Source of the DNA: Candidatus Latescibacterota bacterium
GTDB taxonomy: Bacteria; Latescibacterota; UBA2968; GCA-2709665
DNA length: 64,000 nt
Reading direction: 5' to 3'
Assembly (NCBI GenBank): GCA_965219995.1
Contig: CBDCOX010000002.1
Coordinates: 2,944,001-3,008,000 of the forward strand
Positions 40,746-50,233 of this stretch are shown one piece after another. Positions within the stretch are counted from its first letter, which is position 1; every line of letters starts with the position of its first letter. The notes below the pieces were generated by a model that had not been told where the DNA came from, searched no databases, and saw nothing but the letters and a program-made list of their open reading frames with translations. A program made the translations under genes and the position numbers.

Positions 40746-41471
40746 GTGGCGAGTTCCCATCTTCAGGAACGCAATGCCAGGCGGACATTCGTGCGTCAGA
40801 TGTTCGACGGCATCGCCGGCACGTACGATCTGCTGAACCACCTGTTGAGCGCCGGCGTGGATATTCTCTGGCGGCGATGGACCATCGACGCCCTCGAATT
40901 GAAAGCCGGCTGGTGGATCCTGGACCTTGCAACCGGAACGGGCGATCTGGGTCTCGAAGCGGCTGCCCGCGATTCGGGGGTGCGGGTTGTGGGTGCGGAC
41001 CTTTCCCGGCCGATGCTGCGGCTGGGAACCAGGAAAAAGGAGAAAAGACCCGGCCAGCTCTTTTTTCTGTGTGGAGACGCGGAGCGGCTTCCGTTCCCCG
41101 ATGCGCGGTTTCAGGCCCTGACCATTGGTTTCGGGGTACGGAACTTTTCGGACCTGGCGACTGGATTGCGGGAAATGCACCGGGTCCTCCGCCCCGGCGG
41201 CCGGCTGGCAATTCTGGAATTCTCCCGGCCCAGAGCGTTTCTTCTGCGCAGGGTCTACTTCTTTTATTTCAAATGCATCCTGCCCGGGATCGGCCGGCTT
41301 GTATCCCGGAATCCCCGGGCATATCGGTACCTTTACGAATCTGTAATGGGTTTTCCTGAAGGGGACGCATTCCTGAGACGTCTGGCGCGGGCCGGTTTTG
41401 TGGAACCTGAGGAACGCCGGTTCTCCTTTGGCATCGCCACACTCTACATGGCAAGGAAGAATGAAGAATGA
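40746..41471 (+). CDS. menG: Demethylmenaquinone methyltransferase (MenG/UbiE)
   Basis: MFDGIAGTYDLLNHLLSAG, LDLATGTGD, FGVRN, RVLRPGG, YLYES. Confidence 0.9.
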   Translation: MASSHLQERNARRTFVRQMFDGIAGTYDLLNHLLSAGVDILWRRWTIDALELKAGWWILDLATGTGDLGLEAAARDSGVRVVGADLSRPMLRLGTRKKEKRPGQLFFLCGDAERLPFPDARFQALTIGFGVRNFSDLATGLREMHRVLRPGGRLAILEFSRPRAFLLRRVYFFYFKCILPGIGRLVSRNPRAYRYLYESVMGFPEGDAFLRRLARAGFVEPEERRFSFGIATLYMARKNEE

Positions 41472-41483
41472 AGAAGGAGGAAT
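41456..41483. repeat. 7-mer tandem repeat (GAAGAAT-like, 4 copies)
   Basis: gaagaat gaagaat gaagaag gaggaat spanning the menG stop codon. Confidence 0.6.
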
Positions 41484-41884
41484 GGTTGGGTCCTCCTGAG
41501 GTTTATCCATAAGTATTCTGAAAGGTGACCTGCCGGCGGACGAACATCTGACAGCCAATCGCTGTCCTCGTCATTCAGACGCCAATCGGTCTACAATAGT
41601 ATTTCCTGATCGGAGGTCTCCCAGAGCAGAGCGCGCTGATCAGTCCAGCAACGCGGATTGTTGTTCTTCCGAGGATGTCAGGGCAGAGGATCCTGTGCAT
41701 CCTGTGAGGGGATTCGCGCGGTGCATATGGCAGGCCCCGCGCCCAGCGGCGACTATTCTAGATGCGGTAAGAGGGTAGCCGTGAGACGGTAGAGGATAGC
41801 GTTACCACAGTGTTTTCACGCTAACCGTGCCTGTTTCCCTACCGTTATCGTAACAACAAGAAATACGACAAGGCACTGAAACCA

Positions 41885-41912
41885 TCTCCCGTCTCCCGTC
41901 TTACGTCTCCCC
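41885..41912. repeat. 7-mer tandem repeat (TCTCCCG-like, 4 copies)
   Basis: tctcccg tctcccg tcttacg tctcccc. Confidence 0.7.
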
Positions 41913-41977
41913 GCCTTTAGGGAATTTGGGGAGATGTGGACATTGAATTTGAACTTGATCTTCGTCTCTTGCTTCAA

Positions 41978-42009
41978 GCTGACTGCTGATTGCTGACCGC
42001 TGATAGCTG
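41978..42009. repeat. 7-mer tandem repeat (GCTGAYN, 4.5 copies)
   Basis: gctgact gctgatt gctgacc gctgata gctg. Confidence 0.75.
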
Positions 42010-42040
42010 TTTCCGCTGCCGCGAGAAGAGGTACTCCTGA

Positions 42041-43741
42041 ATGGACAATCCGTTCATTGATGAAATCGTATCGCAGGTCTCAAGAGCGACTGACACGCGT
42101 CCCGATGAGGTGAGGCCGCTGATCGAAGTCCCTCCCAAACCCGAGATGGGGGATTACGCGCTGCCGTGTTTCGGCCTTGCAAGAACGCTTCGGAAGGCGC
42201 CGAATCAGATCGCGAGGGACCTTGAGGCGCGAGTGCGCACGAGCGCGCGCATTGCCCGGGTGAGCGCCATGGGCCCGTATCTCAATATCTTCCTGAGCCA
42301 GACCGAATTCGTCCGGGAAACGCTTTCGCAGATTCTCGCTGCGGGCAGGCAATACGGACACAGCAGCGAGGGCGCCGGGAAGACGGTCGTGATCGATTTC
42401 TCGTCACCGAATATCTCCAAGCCGTTCACGATCGCCCACATCCGTTCGACGGCGATCGGGAATTCGCTCTGCAGGATCTACGGGTCGCTCGGCTGGAACG
42501 TGATCGGCATCAATCACCTCGGCGACTGGGGGGCCCCGCACGGGATGAATATCGCGGCGTACAAGCGCTGGGGAGATGCGAACGCGGTCCGCAGGAATCC
42601 TCCCTTCGAGCTGTTCAATCTGTACGTGAAGTTCAATGCCGAGTTGGAAAGGGATCCGTCTCTCGGTGACGACGTCAAGCTCTGGACCAGGAAACTGGAG
42701 GCCGGCGATGCCGAGGCGCTGCGGCTGTGGAAATGGTTCCGGGAAGAGACCATAAGCGATTTCAAGCGAATTTACGAATTGCTGGACGTGACATTTACCG
42801 AATACACGGGTGAAAGTTTCTTTCATGACAAGGTGGGGCCGGTTGTCGACGAATTGAAGGGAAAAGGGCTTGCCGTCGAGAGCGAAGGCGCCCTCGTTGT
42901 CATGCTGGACGACGACATGCCGCCGGCCATCATCCAGACGGGGCACGATACCAGCGTCTATCTCACGCGGGACCTGGCCGCTGCGATTTACCGTAAAGAG
43001 ACCTACGACTTCGATAAGTTGATTTATGCGACCGACGCCGGGCAGTCCCTGCATTTCCGGCAGCTTTTCAAGGTGCTGGAACGGATGGGCTATGAATGGG
43101 CGAAAGACTGCGTTCACGTCCCGTTCGGCATTATCTCCTTTAAAGAGGGCAGGATGTCGAGCCGAAAGGGCAACGTGATTTTCCTGGAGGACGTGCTGAA
43201 CCGCGCTGTTGAGTTGACACGGGAAATCGTTGAGAACAAGAATCCGGATCTTCCGGACAAAGACGCGATCGCCCGGGACGTGGGCATCGGTGCGGTGGTC
43301 TACGCCGACCTGGATTCGCGCCGGACGCGGGACGTGGTATTCGACTGGGATGAGATCCTGAATTTCAATGGCGAGACCGGCCCCTACGTTCAATATACCC
43401 ATGCCCGCTATTGCAGTGTGCTGCGCAGGTACGGCGGCGCGGCGGCTCCGGCCGGGGCGGACCTTTCTCTGTTGACCGAAACCGAGGCCGTGGCCGTGGT
43501 CAAGTGCCTGGAGCGGTTTCCGCAGCGTATCCGGAACGCGGCCGAGGCCTGTGAACCGTCTCTGATTGCCGGGTACCTGATCGAACTCTGTGCAGAGGCG
43601 AACCGGTTTTACAACGCCCACCGGGTCATCTCAGAAGACGCGACCCTGACACGGGCGCGTATCGCCCTCGTTTATTCGATCACCGCCGTGCTGGCAGCCG
43701 GACTCCATCTGCTGGGCCTGAAGGCGCCGGAGGAAATGTGA
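42041..43741 (+). CDS. argS: Arginyl-tRNA synthetase
   Basis: GDYALPCF, IDFSSPNISKP, NHLGDWG, YLTRDLAAA, MSSRKG, GPYVQYTHAR. Confidence 0.96.
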   Translation: MDNPFIDEIVSQVSRATDTRPDEVRPLIEVPPKPEMGDYALPCFGLARTLRKAPNQIARDLEARVRTSARIARVSAMGPYLNIFLSQTEFVRETLSQILAAGRQYGHSSEGAGKTVVIDFSSPNISKPFTIAHIRSTAIGNSLCRIYGSLGWNVIGINHLGDWGAPHGMNIAAYKRWGDANAVRRNPPFELFNLYVKFNAELERDPSLGDDVKLWTRKLEAGDAEALRLWKWFREETISDFKRIYELLDVTFTEYTGESFFHDKVGPVVDELKGKGLAVESEGALVVMLDDDMPPAIIQTGHDTSVYLTRDLAAAIYRKETYDFDKLIYATDAGQSLHFRQLFKVLERMGYEWAKDCVHVPFGIISFKEGRMSSRKGNVIFLEDVLNRAVELTREIVENKNPDLPDKDAIARDVGIGAVVYADLDSRRTRDVVFDWDEILNFNGETGPYVQYTHARYCSVLRRYGGAAAPAGADLSLLTETEAVAVVKCLERFPQRIRNAAEACEPSLIAGYLIELCAEANRFYNAHRVISEDATLTRARIALVYSITAVLAAGLHLLGLKAPEEM

Positions 43742-44301
43742 GTCAGACCGCGCATGGTTCTCTGCTGCGGGGCAGGCAGATCTTCCTGACCGGTTTCATG
43801 GCGACCGGAAAGAGCAAGGTCGGCCCGATTCTGGCGCGGCGCCTGGATCGGCGATTCGTGGATACGGATGAGTTGATCGTGGAGACGGCCGGGAAGTCGA
43901 TCCCCCGGATCTTTGCGGAAGACGGAGAAGCCGCATTCCGTCGTATCGAACGCGGATGCGTGGCGCGTGCGGCCGGGATGCCCGATGCTGTCATCGCTCT
44001 GGGTGGCGGCGCCGTTACGCAGGAGGGCAACTGGGATACGATTCGCGCATCCGGAATCTGCCTGTGTCTGCGGGCATCGGCGGAGACCGTTTTCAAGCGC
44101 CTGCGAAGGACAGAGGGAGAACGGCCGCTGATGGCCGGTTTGACCGATGAAGGCCGGATGGCGAAGATCCGGTCGATGCTGGCGGCCCGGGCGCCGTTTT
44201 ACGACCGTGCGGACGCATTCGTGGAGTCGACGGAGTATCGCGCGCCGGAAGAGACGGTTCAACTGGCGGTGTCGGCATTGGAAGGCCTGCAATCGCGATA
44301 G
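43738..44301 (+). CDS. aroK: Shikimate kinase
   Basis: GFMATGKS P-loop, DTD, GEAAFR, GGG, RPL. Confidence 0.96.
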   Translation: MSQTAHGSLLRGRQIFLTGFMATGKSKVGPILARRLDRRFVDTDELIVETAGKSIPRIFAEDGEAAFRRIERGCVARAAGMPDAVIALGGGAVTQEGNWDTIRASGICLCLRASAETVFKRLRRTEGERPLMAGLTDEGRMAKIRSMLAARAPFYDRADAFVESTEYRAPEETVQLAVSALEGLQSR

Positions 44302-44349
44302 GGTGCTGGAAGGCCGCTGCTTATGGAATCTGAAGGCGAACTGAGCGGA

Positions 44350-45459
44350 ATGGAGACCGTACAGGTCGATCTCGGCAGTCGGAGTTATCCGATCCTGATT
44401 GGACACGGGACACTGTCCGATTTCGGCAGGTCGTACGCGGCGAAGGGGCTCGGGTCGGCCGCGGCGGTCGTGACCAACCATACCGTGGCGCCGCTCTACC
44501 TGGATCCGGTGAGGGCCGGTCTCGAGGCTCAGGGTGTGGCGGTAACGGTGGTTGAGGTCCCCGATGGAGAAGAATACAAGACACTGGGGACGGCCGGCCG
44601 GATATACGGCGAATTGATACAGGCGGGCCTGGACCGGCGCAGTTGCATCGTCACCCTTGGGGGCGGCGTCGTGGGCGACACGGCCGGATTCGTGGCGGCC
44701 ACGTATCTGCGCGGCATCGATTTCGTGCAGGTGCCCACCACCCTCGAGGCGCAGGTCGACGCCAGCGTGGGCGGAAAGACCGGGGTCGACCATCCGCTCG
44801 GCAAGAATATGATCGGAGCGTTCCATCAGCCGAAGCTGGTTTATATCGACACGGAAACGCTGATGACCCTGCCCCGGCGGGAGGTGGTTGCCGGGATGGC
44901 GGAGGTGATCAAGCACGGATTGATCCGTGATGGAGACCTCGTGCGATTCCTGGAGCGCGAGATCGAAAGCGTGGCGGACCTGGCGGTTGAACCGGAAAAG
45001 CTGGTGGGTCTGATCGCTCGAAATTGCCGAATCAAAGCGGACGTCGTGGCGGCGGACGAGACCGAAGCGGGATTGAGGGAGATTCTGAACTACGGCCACA
45101 CCGTTGGACACGCCATTGAGGCGGTGACGAATTACACGGATTACAAACACGGCGAGGCCGTTATGCTGGGCATGCTGGCCGCCGGCAGAATCGGCGTCAT
45201 CAAGGGGTTCTGGAAACCGTCGGAGCTGGAACGGCAGAACGCGCTGATCGAACGACTCGGGATCCCGTCCGGCGCCCGCGCACTTGAAGCGGACGAACTG
45301 ATCGGACGTATGGCGAGCGACAAGAAAGCGCGGGATGGGGTGATCCGGTTTGTGCTGCCGGAGGCGATCGGCCATGCCACGTCGTGCGACACCGTGACGC
45401 GGGAAGAGATCGGAGAGGGTATCCGGTATATGCAGAAACGCTCACCCGAATCGGCATGA
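44350..45459 (+). CDS. aroB: 3-dehydroquinate synthase
   Basis: PDGEEYK, GGGVVGD, PTTL..QVDASVGGKT, KNMIGAFHQP, LNYGHTVGHAIE. Confidence 0.97.
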   Translation: METVQVDLGSRSYPILIGHGTLSDFGRSYAAKGLGSAAAVVTNHTVAPLYLDPVRAGLEAQGVAVTVVEVPDGEEYKTLGTAGRIYGELIQAGLDRRSCIVTLGGGVVGDTAGFVAATYLRGIDFVQVPTTLEAQVDASVGGKTGVDHPLGKNMIGAFHQPKLVYIDTETLMTLPRREVVAGMAEVIKHGLIRDGDLVRFLEREIESVADLAVEPEKLVGLIARNCRIKADVVAADETEAGLREILNYGHTVGHAIEAVTNYTDYKHGEAVMLGMLAAGRIGVIKGFWKPSELERQNALIERLGIPSGARALEADELIGRMASDKKARDGVIRFVLPEAIGHATSCDTVTREEIGEGIRYMQKRSPESA

Positions 45460-45495
45460 AGAATGAAGCTCGCGGCAGCCGCGGGGCCTCCGGCC

Positions 45496-45999
45496 TCAGC
45501 GCGTCAGCCGCTCGATGACGGCGCTGTGTTCGGGAAAGCTCAGGATGAGGTCGGCCCGATTCGCCAGCTCGAAGTCTTCGAATTCGAATCCGGGAGCGAC
45601 CGTACCGCCCACAAGGGCGTATGAGTCGTAATCGTTCACCGTAGCGCCGTACCAGCAGCCGGCGTTGATGACAGTTGCGAACGATTCGTTGTTGTCGGGA
45701 TTGTTGCCGAGCACGATCCGGTCGTATGCGCCGTTGTGGTCGATCGTATGGACGGTGACGGACGATCCGGCATAGAAGTGCCAGACTTCGTCGGACTGAA
45801 TGCGGTGCAGGGCGGAAAAGTCGTTGCCCTCAAGCAGGAAGTAGATCGCCGTTGAGAATGTCCGTGGGCCGGGGAACCGCTTTGGGAGGGCCTGGCCCGC
45901 GACGGTCTCCTCCGAGCGGTATATTTCCCGATAGTAGCCGCCTTCGGGATGCGCCCTGAGATTCAGCCTTGAGATCCAGTAATCGGCATTCCGGTTCAT
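45496..45999 (-). CDS. Cupin DUF985-like protein
   Basis: AHPEGGYYRE, STAIYFLL, SDEVWHFYAG, VAPGFEFEDF. Confidence 0.92.
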   Translation of the reverse strand: MNRNADYWISRLNLRAHPEGGYYREIYRSEETVAGQALPKRFPGPRTFSTAIYFLLEGNDFSALHRIQSDEVWHFYAGSSVTVHTIDHNGAYDRIVLGNNPDNNESFATVINAGCWYGATVNDYDSYALVGGTVAPGFEFEDFELANRADLILSFPEHSAVIERLTR

Positions 46000-46020
46000 G
46001 GCAATTGAAAGACCCTGCGG

Positions 46021-46057
46021 AACAGGGGCGAGAAAACCTCGCCCCTGTTCTTTTTTT
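46021..46057 (+). terminator. Strong hairpin with U-tract on the plus strand
   Basis: AACAGGGGCGAG-aaaac-CTCGCCCCTGTT-CTTTTTTT. Confidence 0.7.
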
Positions 46058-46083
46058 CGTGACCGCGCGCTTCCGGGTTCAGG

Positions 46084-47178
46084 TCAGGAAACGGGAACGA
46101 TACGCCGCGAATTCGCCTGCGCAATAACACCGCCCCCCAGACAGGTCTCGCCGTCGTAGAAGACGGCCGATTGTCCTGGAGCCACGCCCGGGTCCGCTTC
46201 CGCCATCTGCACGGACAGGCCGTTCTTCCCGGCGGACGCGATGCGGCACCGGACGAGATGCGGGCCGTGTCGGATCTTGACCTGAACGTCGTGCCGATCG
46301 GGGACGCCGGAGATCCAGTTCGGGTTTGACACCGTGAAACGACTCAACGCCCGTTCGTCCCGGTGGGTCTTGTGGGACACGTAGATCGTGTTGCCGCAGA
46401 TGTCTTTCCCGACCACGTACCAGGGGCCCGCGGCCAGGCCCAGCCCTTCGCGCTGTCCGATGGTGTGGAACCAGTAGCCCCGGTGGCGGCCGAGCCGGGC
46501 GCCGGTCTCCAGTTCGACGATGTCGCCGGGCTGTTCTCCCAGGTGCGCCCTGACGAAATCGGGGTAGCTGATCTTGCCCAGAAAACAGATGCCCTGGCTG
46601 TCTTTGCGGTCCCGGTTCGGCAGGCCGAAGCTCCGGGCGTATTCCCGGACCTGCTTTTTGGTGAGATGCCCCACGGGAAAACGCGCGCGTTGGAGCTGAG
46701 CCTGGCTGAGTCCGGAAAGAAAGTAGGTCTGGTCCTTGACGGGGTCCGGCGCACGCTTCAAATAGCAGGTACCGCCGATTTCCGCGATCCGGGCATAGTG
46801 CCCGGAAGCGATCCTGTCGAAGCTGCTGCCGATCCGGGCGGCGAACTCGCCGAATTTGATGTGCCGGTTGCAGACAATGTCCGGGCTGGGAGTACGTCCC
46901 GCTCTGAGTTCGGACACGGCGTGCGAGACCACCCGTTCCAGGTATTCCGCCTGCAGGGGGACGATTTGAAGCGGTACCCCCGCCTGTTCGCAGACGGCGC
47001 GTGCGTACTTGAGGTCCTCCTCCCAGGGGCAGTCGCCCAAAAACGCAAGTTCGTCTTCAAGCCAGACCTTGAGATAGAAGGCCGTGATTTCGTGCCGCTT
47101 TTCCCCGCACAGCAGATGAAGGGCAGCGGAACTGTCGACGCCTCCGGAGAGCAGAAGGGCGATTTTCATGGCTCGCAT
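46084..47178 (-). CDS. mnmA: tRNA-specific 2-thiouridylase
   Basis: SGGVDSS, TPSPDIVCN, ASGHYA, KDQTYFL, DSQGICF, TIGQR, PGQSAVFY. Confidence 0.96.
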   Translation of the reverse strand: MRAMKIALLLSGGVDSSAALHLLCGEKRHEITAFYLKVWLEDELAFLGDCPWEEDLKYARAVCEQAGVPLQIVPLQAEYLERVVSHAVSELRAGRTPSPDIVCNRHIKFGEFAARIGSSFDRIASGHYARIAEIGGTCYLKRAPDPVKDQTYFLSGLSQAQLQRARFPVGHLTKKQVREYARSFGLPNRDRKDSQGICFLGKISYPDFVRAHLGEQPGDIVELETGARLGRHRGYWFHTIGQREGLGLAAGPWYVVGKDICGNTIYVSHKTHRDERALSRFTVSNPNWISGVPDRHDVQVKIRHGPHLVRCRIASAGKNGLSVQMAEADPGVAPGQSAVFYDGETCLGGGVIAQANSRRIVPVS

Positions 47179-48548
47179 CAAGTGTGATTACGGCACCGCT
47201 GCCGCGGCGACCCGCCGACGCATTCAAAGCCCGCCAGGCATTCGGCCAGCGGTTCGACTGTCTTCAGATTGGCGCAGCCCAGCACGGTCTCGACCAGATG
47301 CTCCGCATGGGATCTGTGCGCGACAGGATCGATGAGGCAACGGGATTTCGAGACGAGGTCGTCGAAGGTGATGCCGCTGCCCGGGTCTCCCGGGGCGGGT
47401 AGCGGTCCGATGGTATGTGTCCGCCCGTACCTGGTTGTGATGATTACCCTCGCCAGCGTTTCATCGGGAAAACGGGCCTCGATGGCGGGGTCGACGGACA
47501 TCTCAACGCGGTCCGACAGGGCGAGCACCGCCTGATTCTTCAGGCCGGGGCCGGCGATTTCGGACACGCCAACCCGGCCGTGAACGAGGGCGCAGGCCAC
47601 CGGATACGGCAGACTGTACTGAGCCTCTTCGGTGTTGGCGGGCCGGCGCGTTCCCAGGTGGGTCGCCGCCTCGAAGGTTTCGATCCTGACTGCGGCAATG
47701 TCTTCAGGACTCAGGCTGTGGGTCGTGCGCAACGCGAACGCTCCGGCGACGGCCGGCTGCGCCCAGCGGCAACACGGATGGAATTTGTAATAGACTCTTT
47801 CGATCCACCAGTCGGCGCCAAGGGTCCGCATCGACTCGCGGTACTCGTCAGTGCAGGGCGTCGCGGGCATGCCCGTGAATCCGCGCGCCGCCAGCTGAGT
47901 GGCGGTGACGCCCACAAATGCGCCCCAGTGGATACCGTCTTTCACCATGGCCGGATGTCGCACGCAGTCCATAATGGGCGCGAGGGGTGCGTGGTATTCG
48001 GCAATGGCGAGCGCGTGTTCCTGCTCCGGAGGCCCCAGTTTCAGCAGACGGGCACAGGCGGCCGCAGCGCCGATGCTGCCCCAGGATCCGGAACCGTGGT
48101 AACTGGGTCCCCTGTGGGGATGGTCGTGCCAGATCGTACCTGCGCGCATGCCGACTTCGTAACCGACGGCCACCGCCTCGAGGAAATCACGCCCCGAAGC
48201 TCTTTCGGCCTGGGCCATCGCCAGCGCCGCGGGAATGACGACGGCGCCGGGATGGCCTTTCGCCGGCCGGTACCCGTCGTCGACGTCCAGCGCATTTGCG
48301 GCGCAGGCGTTTGCCAGGGCGGCCCCCGGTGCGCTGCCGATCTTCCCTTTGCCCGCGATCGTGGATTCCTTGCCCGGAAACGCCGTTGCAGCGAAGTCCG
48401 CCATGATGCCCGCGGCAGGCGTGGCCAGGCCGGCGATGGTCGCGGTGAAGAGATCCAGAAGGTTCTTGCTCAGCTGCGTTTGGACGGATTCCGGAAAATC
48501 GCCGTATCGGGCGTGCGCAATGAATCCGTTGATATCACTTGTTGCCAT
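47178..48548 (-). CDS. MmgE/PrpD family protein
   Basis: AALANA..ANALDVDDG, GHPGAVVIPAALA, YKFHPCCRW, AQYSLPY. Confidence 0.9.
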   Translation of the reverse strand: MATSDINGFIAHARYGDFPESVQTQLSKNLLDLFTATIAGLATPAAGIMADFAATAFPGKESTIAGKGKIGSAPGAALANACAANALDVDDGYRPAKGHPGAVVIPAALAMAQAERASGRDFLEAVAVGYEVGMRAGTIWHDHPHRGPSYHGSGSWGSIGAAAACARLLKLGPPEQEHALAIAEYHAPLAPIMDCVRHPAMVKDGIHWGAFVGVTATQLAARGFTGMPATPCTDEYRESMRTLGADWWIERVYYKFHPCCRWAQPAVAGAFALRTTHSLSPEDIAAVRIETFEAATHLGTRRPANTEEAQYSLPYPVACALVHGRVGVSEIAGPGLKNQAVLALSDRVEMSVDPAIEARFPDETLARVIITTRYGRTHTIGPLPAPGDPGSGITFDDLVSKSRCLIDPVAHRSHAEHLVETVLGCANLKTVEPLAECLAGFECVGGSPRQRCRNHT

Positions 48549-48568
48549 ATGGATCCGTGCCGCCCGAA

Positions 48569-49483
48569 CTATGACCTCAGGATCTGACTTTCGACGTCCA
48601 GCCCCACCCGGTTGCTCCAGGCCGTGATAATCTCTCTGAATAGCGGGCCGGGTTCACCGCTGCCAACGGGAATGTTGTTGAACTTCGTACAGGGCGCGAT
48701 GCAATAGGGCGTGGTGGTCAGCCAGGCTTCGGCGGCATTCGCGACGTCGTATGGCTGAAGGTCCTTTTCAGTCCAGCCGAGACCGAGTTCCGCCGCAAGT
48801 TCCTTCACCGTGAGGAGGCTGACGCCCTGGAGAATGTTGCGCGTGGTGGGTGAGTAGACGGTTCGGTCCGAAACGATGACAAAGTTGGAACCCGCGCATT
48901 CCGTGATGTTTCCATCGAGGTCGAGAAGCAGCGTGATCGCTTCCGGGTCGACCGTGTGGGTCTGCTGGTCCGCCAGCCACCAGTGCAGGCGGGACCGGTT
49001 CTTGGATTTCGGATCCAGACACTGGGGCGGGACGTGGCGCACGGCCGGCGTGACCACGTGGGCGCCGGCCTCGAAGAGATGACGCCAGACGCGGAAGGGA
49101 AGCGGAAAGGAGTGGATACAGACGGTTGGCGTGAGGCGTACGCCGGCGGCGGCGCTGCCGGCGTAGATTTCGTTTTCACCCGGGGTGATGAAGTGAACGA
49201 TGCCAAGTTCGGCTTCGGGTTCGATCAGTTCCCGGTTCGCCTGTATGAGTTCGTGCGTCCTGTCCCGCATCTCGTCGCGCGTGAGTCCGGGATGAATGCC
49301 GGCGTACCTGCACGATCTGTAGAGCCGGTCCAGGTGATCGTCCAGGCGAAACGGCGCATGGGCGAAGGTGCGTGTCATCTCGGTGAGGGTGGCGCCCAGA
49401 ATGATGCCCAGATCGTAGATCCTGATCGCGGCCTGAGACGCGGGCACGAAATCTCCGTTCAGGTAGACGACAGGTTCCTTCAT
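48569..49483 (-). CDS. PLP-dependent aminotransferase class IV (BCAT/DAAT/PabC fold)
   Basis: YLNGDFV, HLDRL, KSKNRSR (PLP Lys), ITECAGSN, ILQGVS. Confidence 0.9.
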   Translation of the reverse strand: MKEPVVYLNGDFVPASQAAIRIYDLGIILGATLTEMTRTFAHAPFRLDDHLDRLYRSCRYAGIHPGLTRDEMRDRTHELIQANRELIEPEAELGIVHFITPGENEIYAGSAAAGVRLTPTVCIHSFPLPFRVWRHLFEAGAHVVTPAVRHVPPQCLDPKSKNRSRLHWWLADQQTHTVDPEAITLLLDLDGNITECAGSNFVIVSDRTVYSPTTRNILQGVSLLTVKELAAELGLGWTEKDLQPYDVANAAEAWLTTTPYCIAPCTKFNNIPVGSGEPGPLFREIITAWSNRVGLDVESQILRS

Positions 49484-49745
49484 AGACTCGCTCCAACCTT
49501 CGGATTACCGGAGTGACGTCGAAATGGGGTGACAGCTCGTCCATAATATAGCGGCTGGGTGACGTCAGGACAAACGGAAAGGGATTTTTCTGGGCTGCTT
49601 GAGAAAGGCACGCTCATGGGTGAAGGGCTCGTTTGCCTTCCACGCGGATAGATACACTACTCTCCGCAAGAAAGATGCCTCAGCGTTAAATGGACGAAAG
49701 GCCTGAGGCATCGATGGACAAAAACTATGATTGCGGAGGACGATC

Positions 49746-50156
49746 TCATTTCTGTCCACCTTCCGCGTCTTTCAGCATTTCGGCAATCTTCTCCCTTCGG
49801 GCTTTTTCTTCCTTTTGGTTTTTCTCCAATTCCTCCACGAGTGCGCTCAATCTTTCTTCGCGCATTCTGCTGGAAGCTTCCAACTCCCTTAAAGCCTTAA
49901 TTGCTCTTGCTCTCGTTTTTGCTTCGCTCTCCGTGATCCACTTATCGGCAAGCTTCATCATTGCACCCATGAAGTCGACTCCTTCTATGATGAAAAAGGA
50001 TAGCGTTACGGAGAAAATACCCGCCTCATACAGATTCTCGACCAGGTCTCTTTCAGGTGGCCTATATCGATCAGTCAGGGTGAACAGGAAAATGAGCAAG
50101 TTCAGCGCCCCAAAAAGAGCGCGGTCACTTACGCTCCAAATGGGCTCTCGTTCCAT
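49746..50156 (-). CDS. Hypothetical membrane protein: two hydrophobic segments plus charged coiled coil; lower GC than flanks
   Basis: 136-aa ORF with own promoter at 50205-50233. Confidence 0.65.
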   Translation of the reverse strand: MEREPIWSVSDRALFGALNLLIFLFTLTDRYRPPERDLVENLYEAGIFSVTLSFFIIEGVDFMGAMMKLADKWITESEAKTRARAIKALRELEASSRMREERLSALVEELEKNQKEEKARREKIAEMLKDAEGGQK

Positions 50157-50204
50157 TAATTCGTCATTTTCGTTCGGGGGTCCATCTTGTGGTGTATACG
50201 AAAA

Positions 50205-50233
50205 ATTAAATGCATATGCAAAAATAAAGTCAA
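50205..50233 (-). promoter_or_regulatory. Sigma70-type promoter with a palindrome in the spacer
   Basis: TTGACT-N17-TTTAAT; TGCATATGCA at 50211-50220. Confidence 0.55.

Noticed and set aside
41472-42040. T-box riboswitch upstream of argS (or of tyrS/trpE)
   Set aside because: No T-box consensus (GGTGGnACCGCG) or terminator found.
42420-42445. ArgRS HIGH motif reads TIAH
   Set aside because: ArgRS signature motifs are known to vary and the rest of the enzyme is intact.
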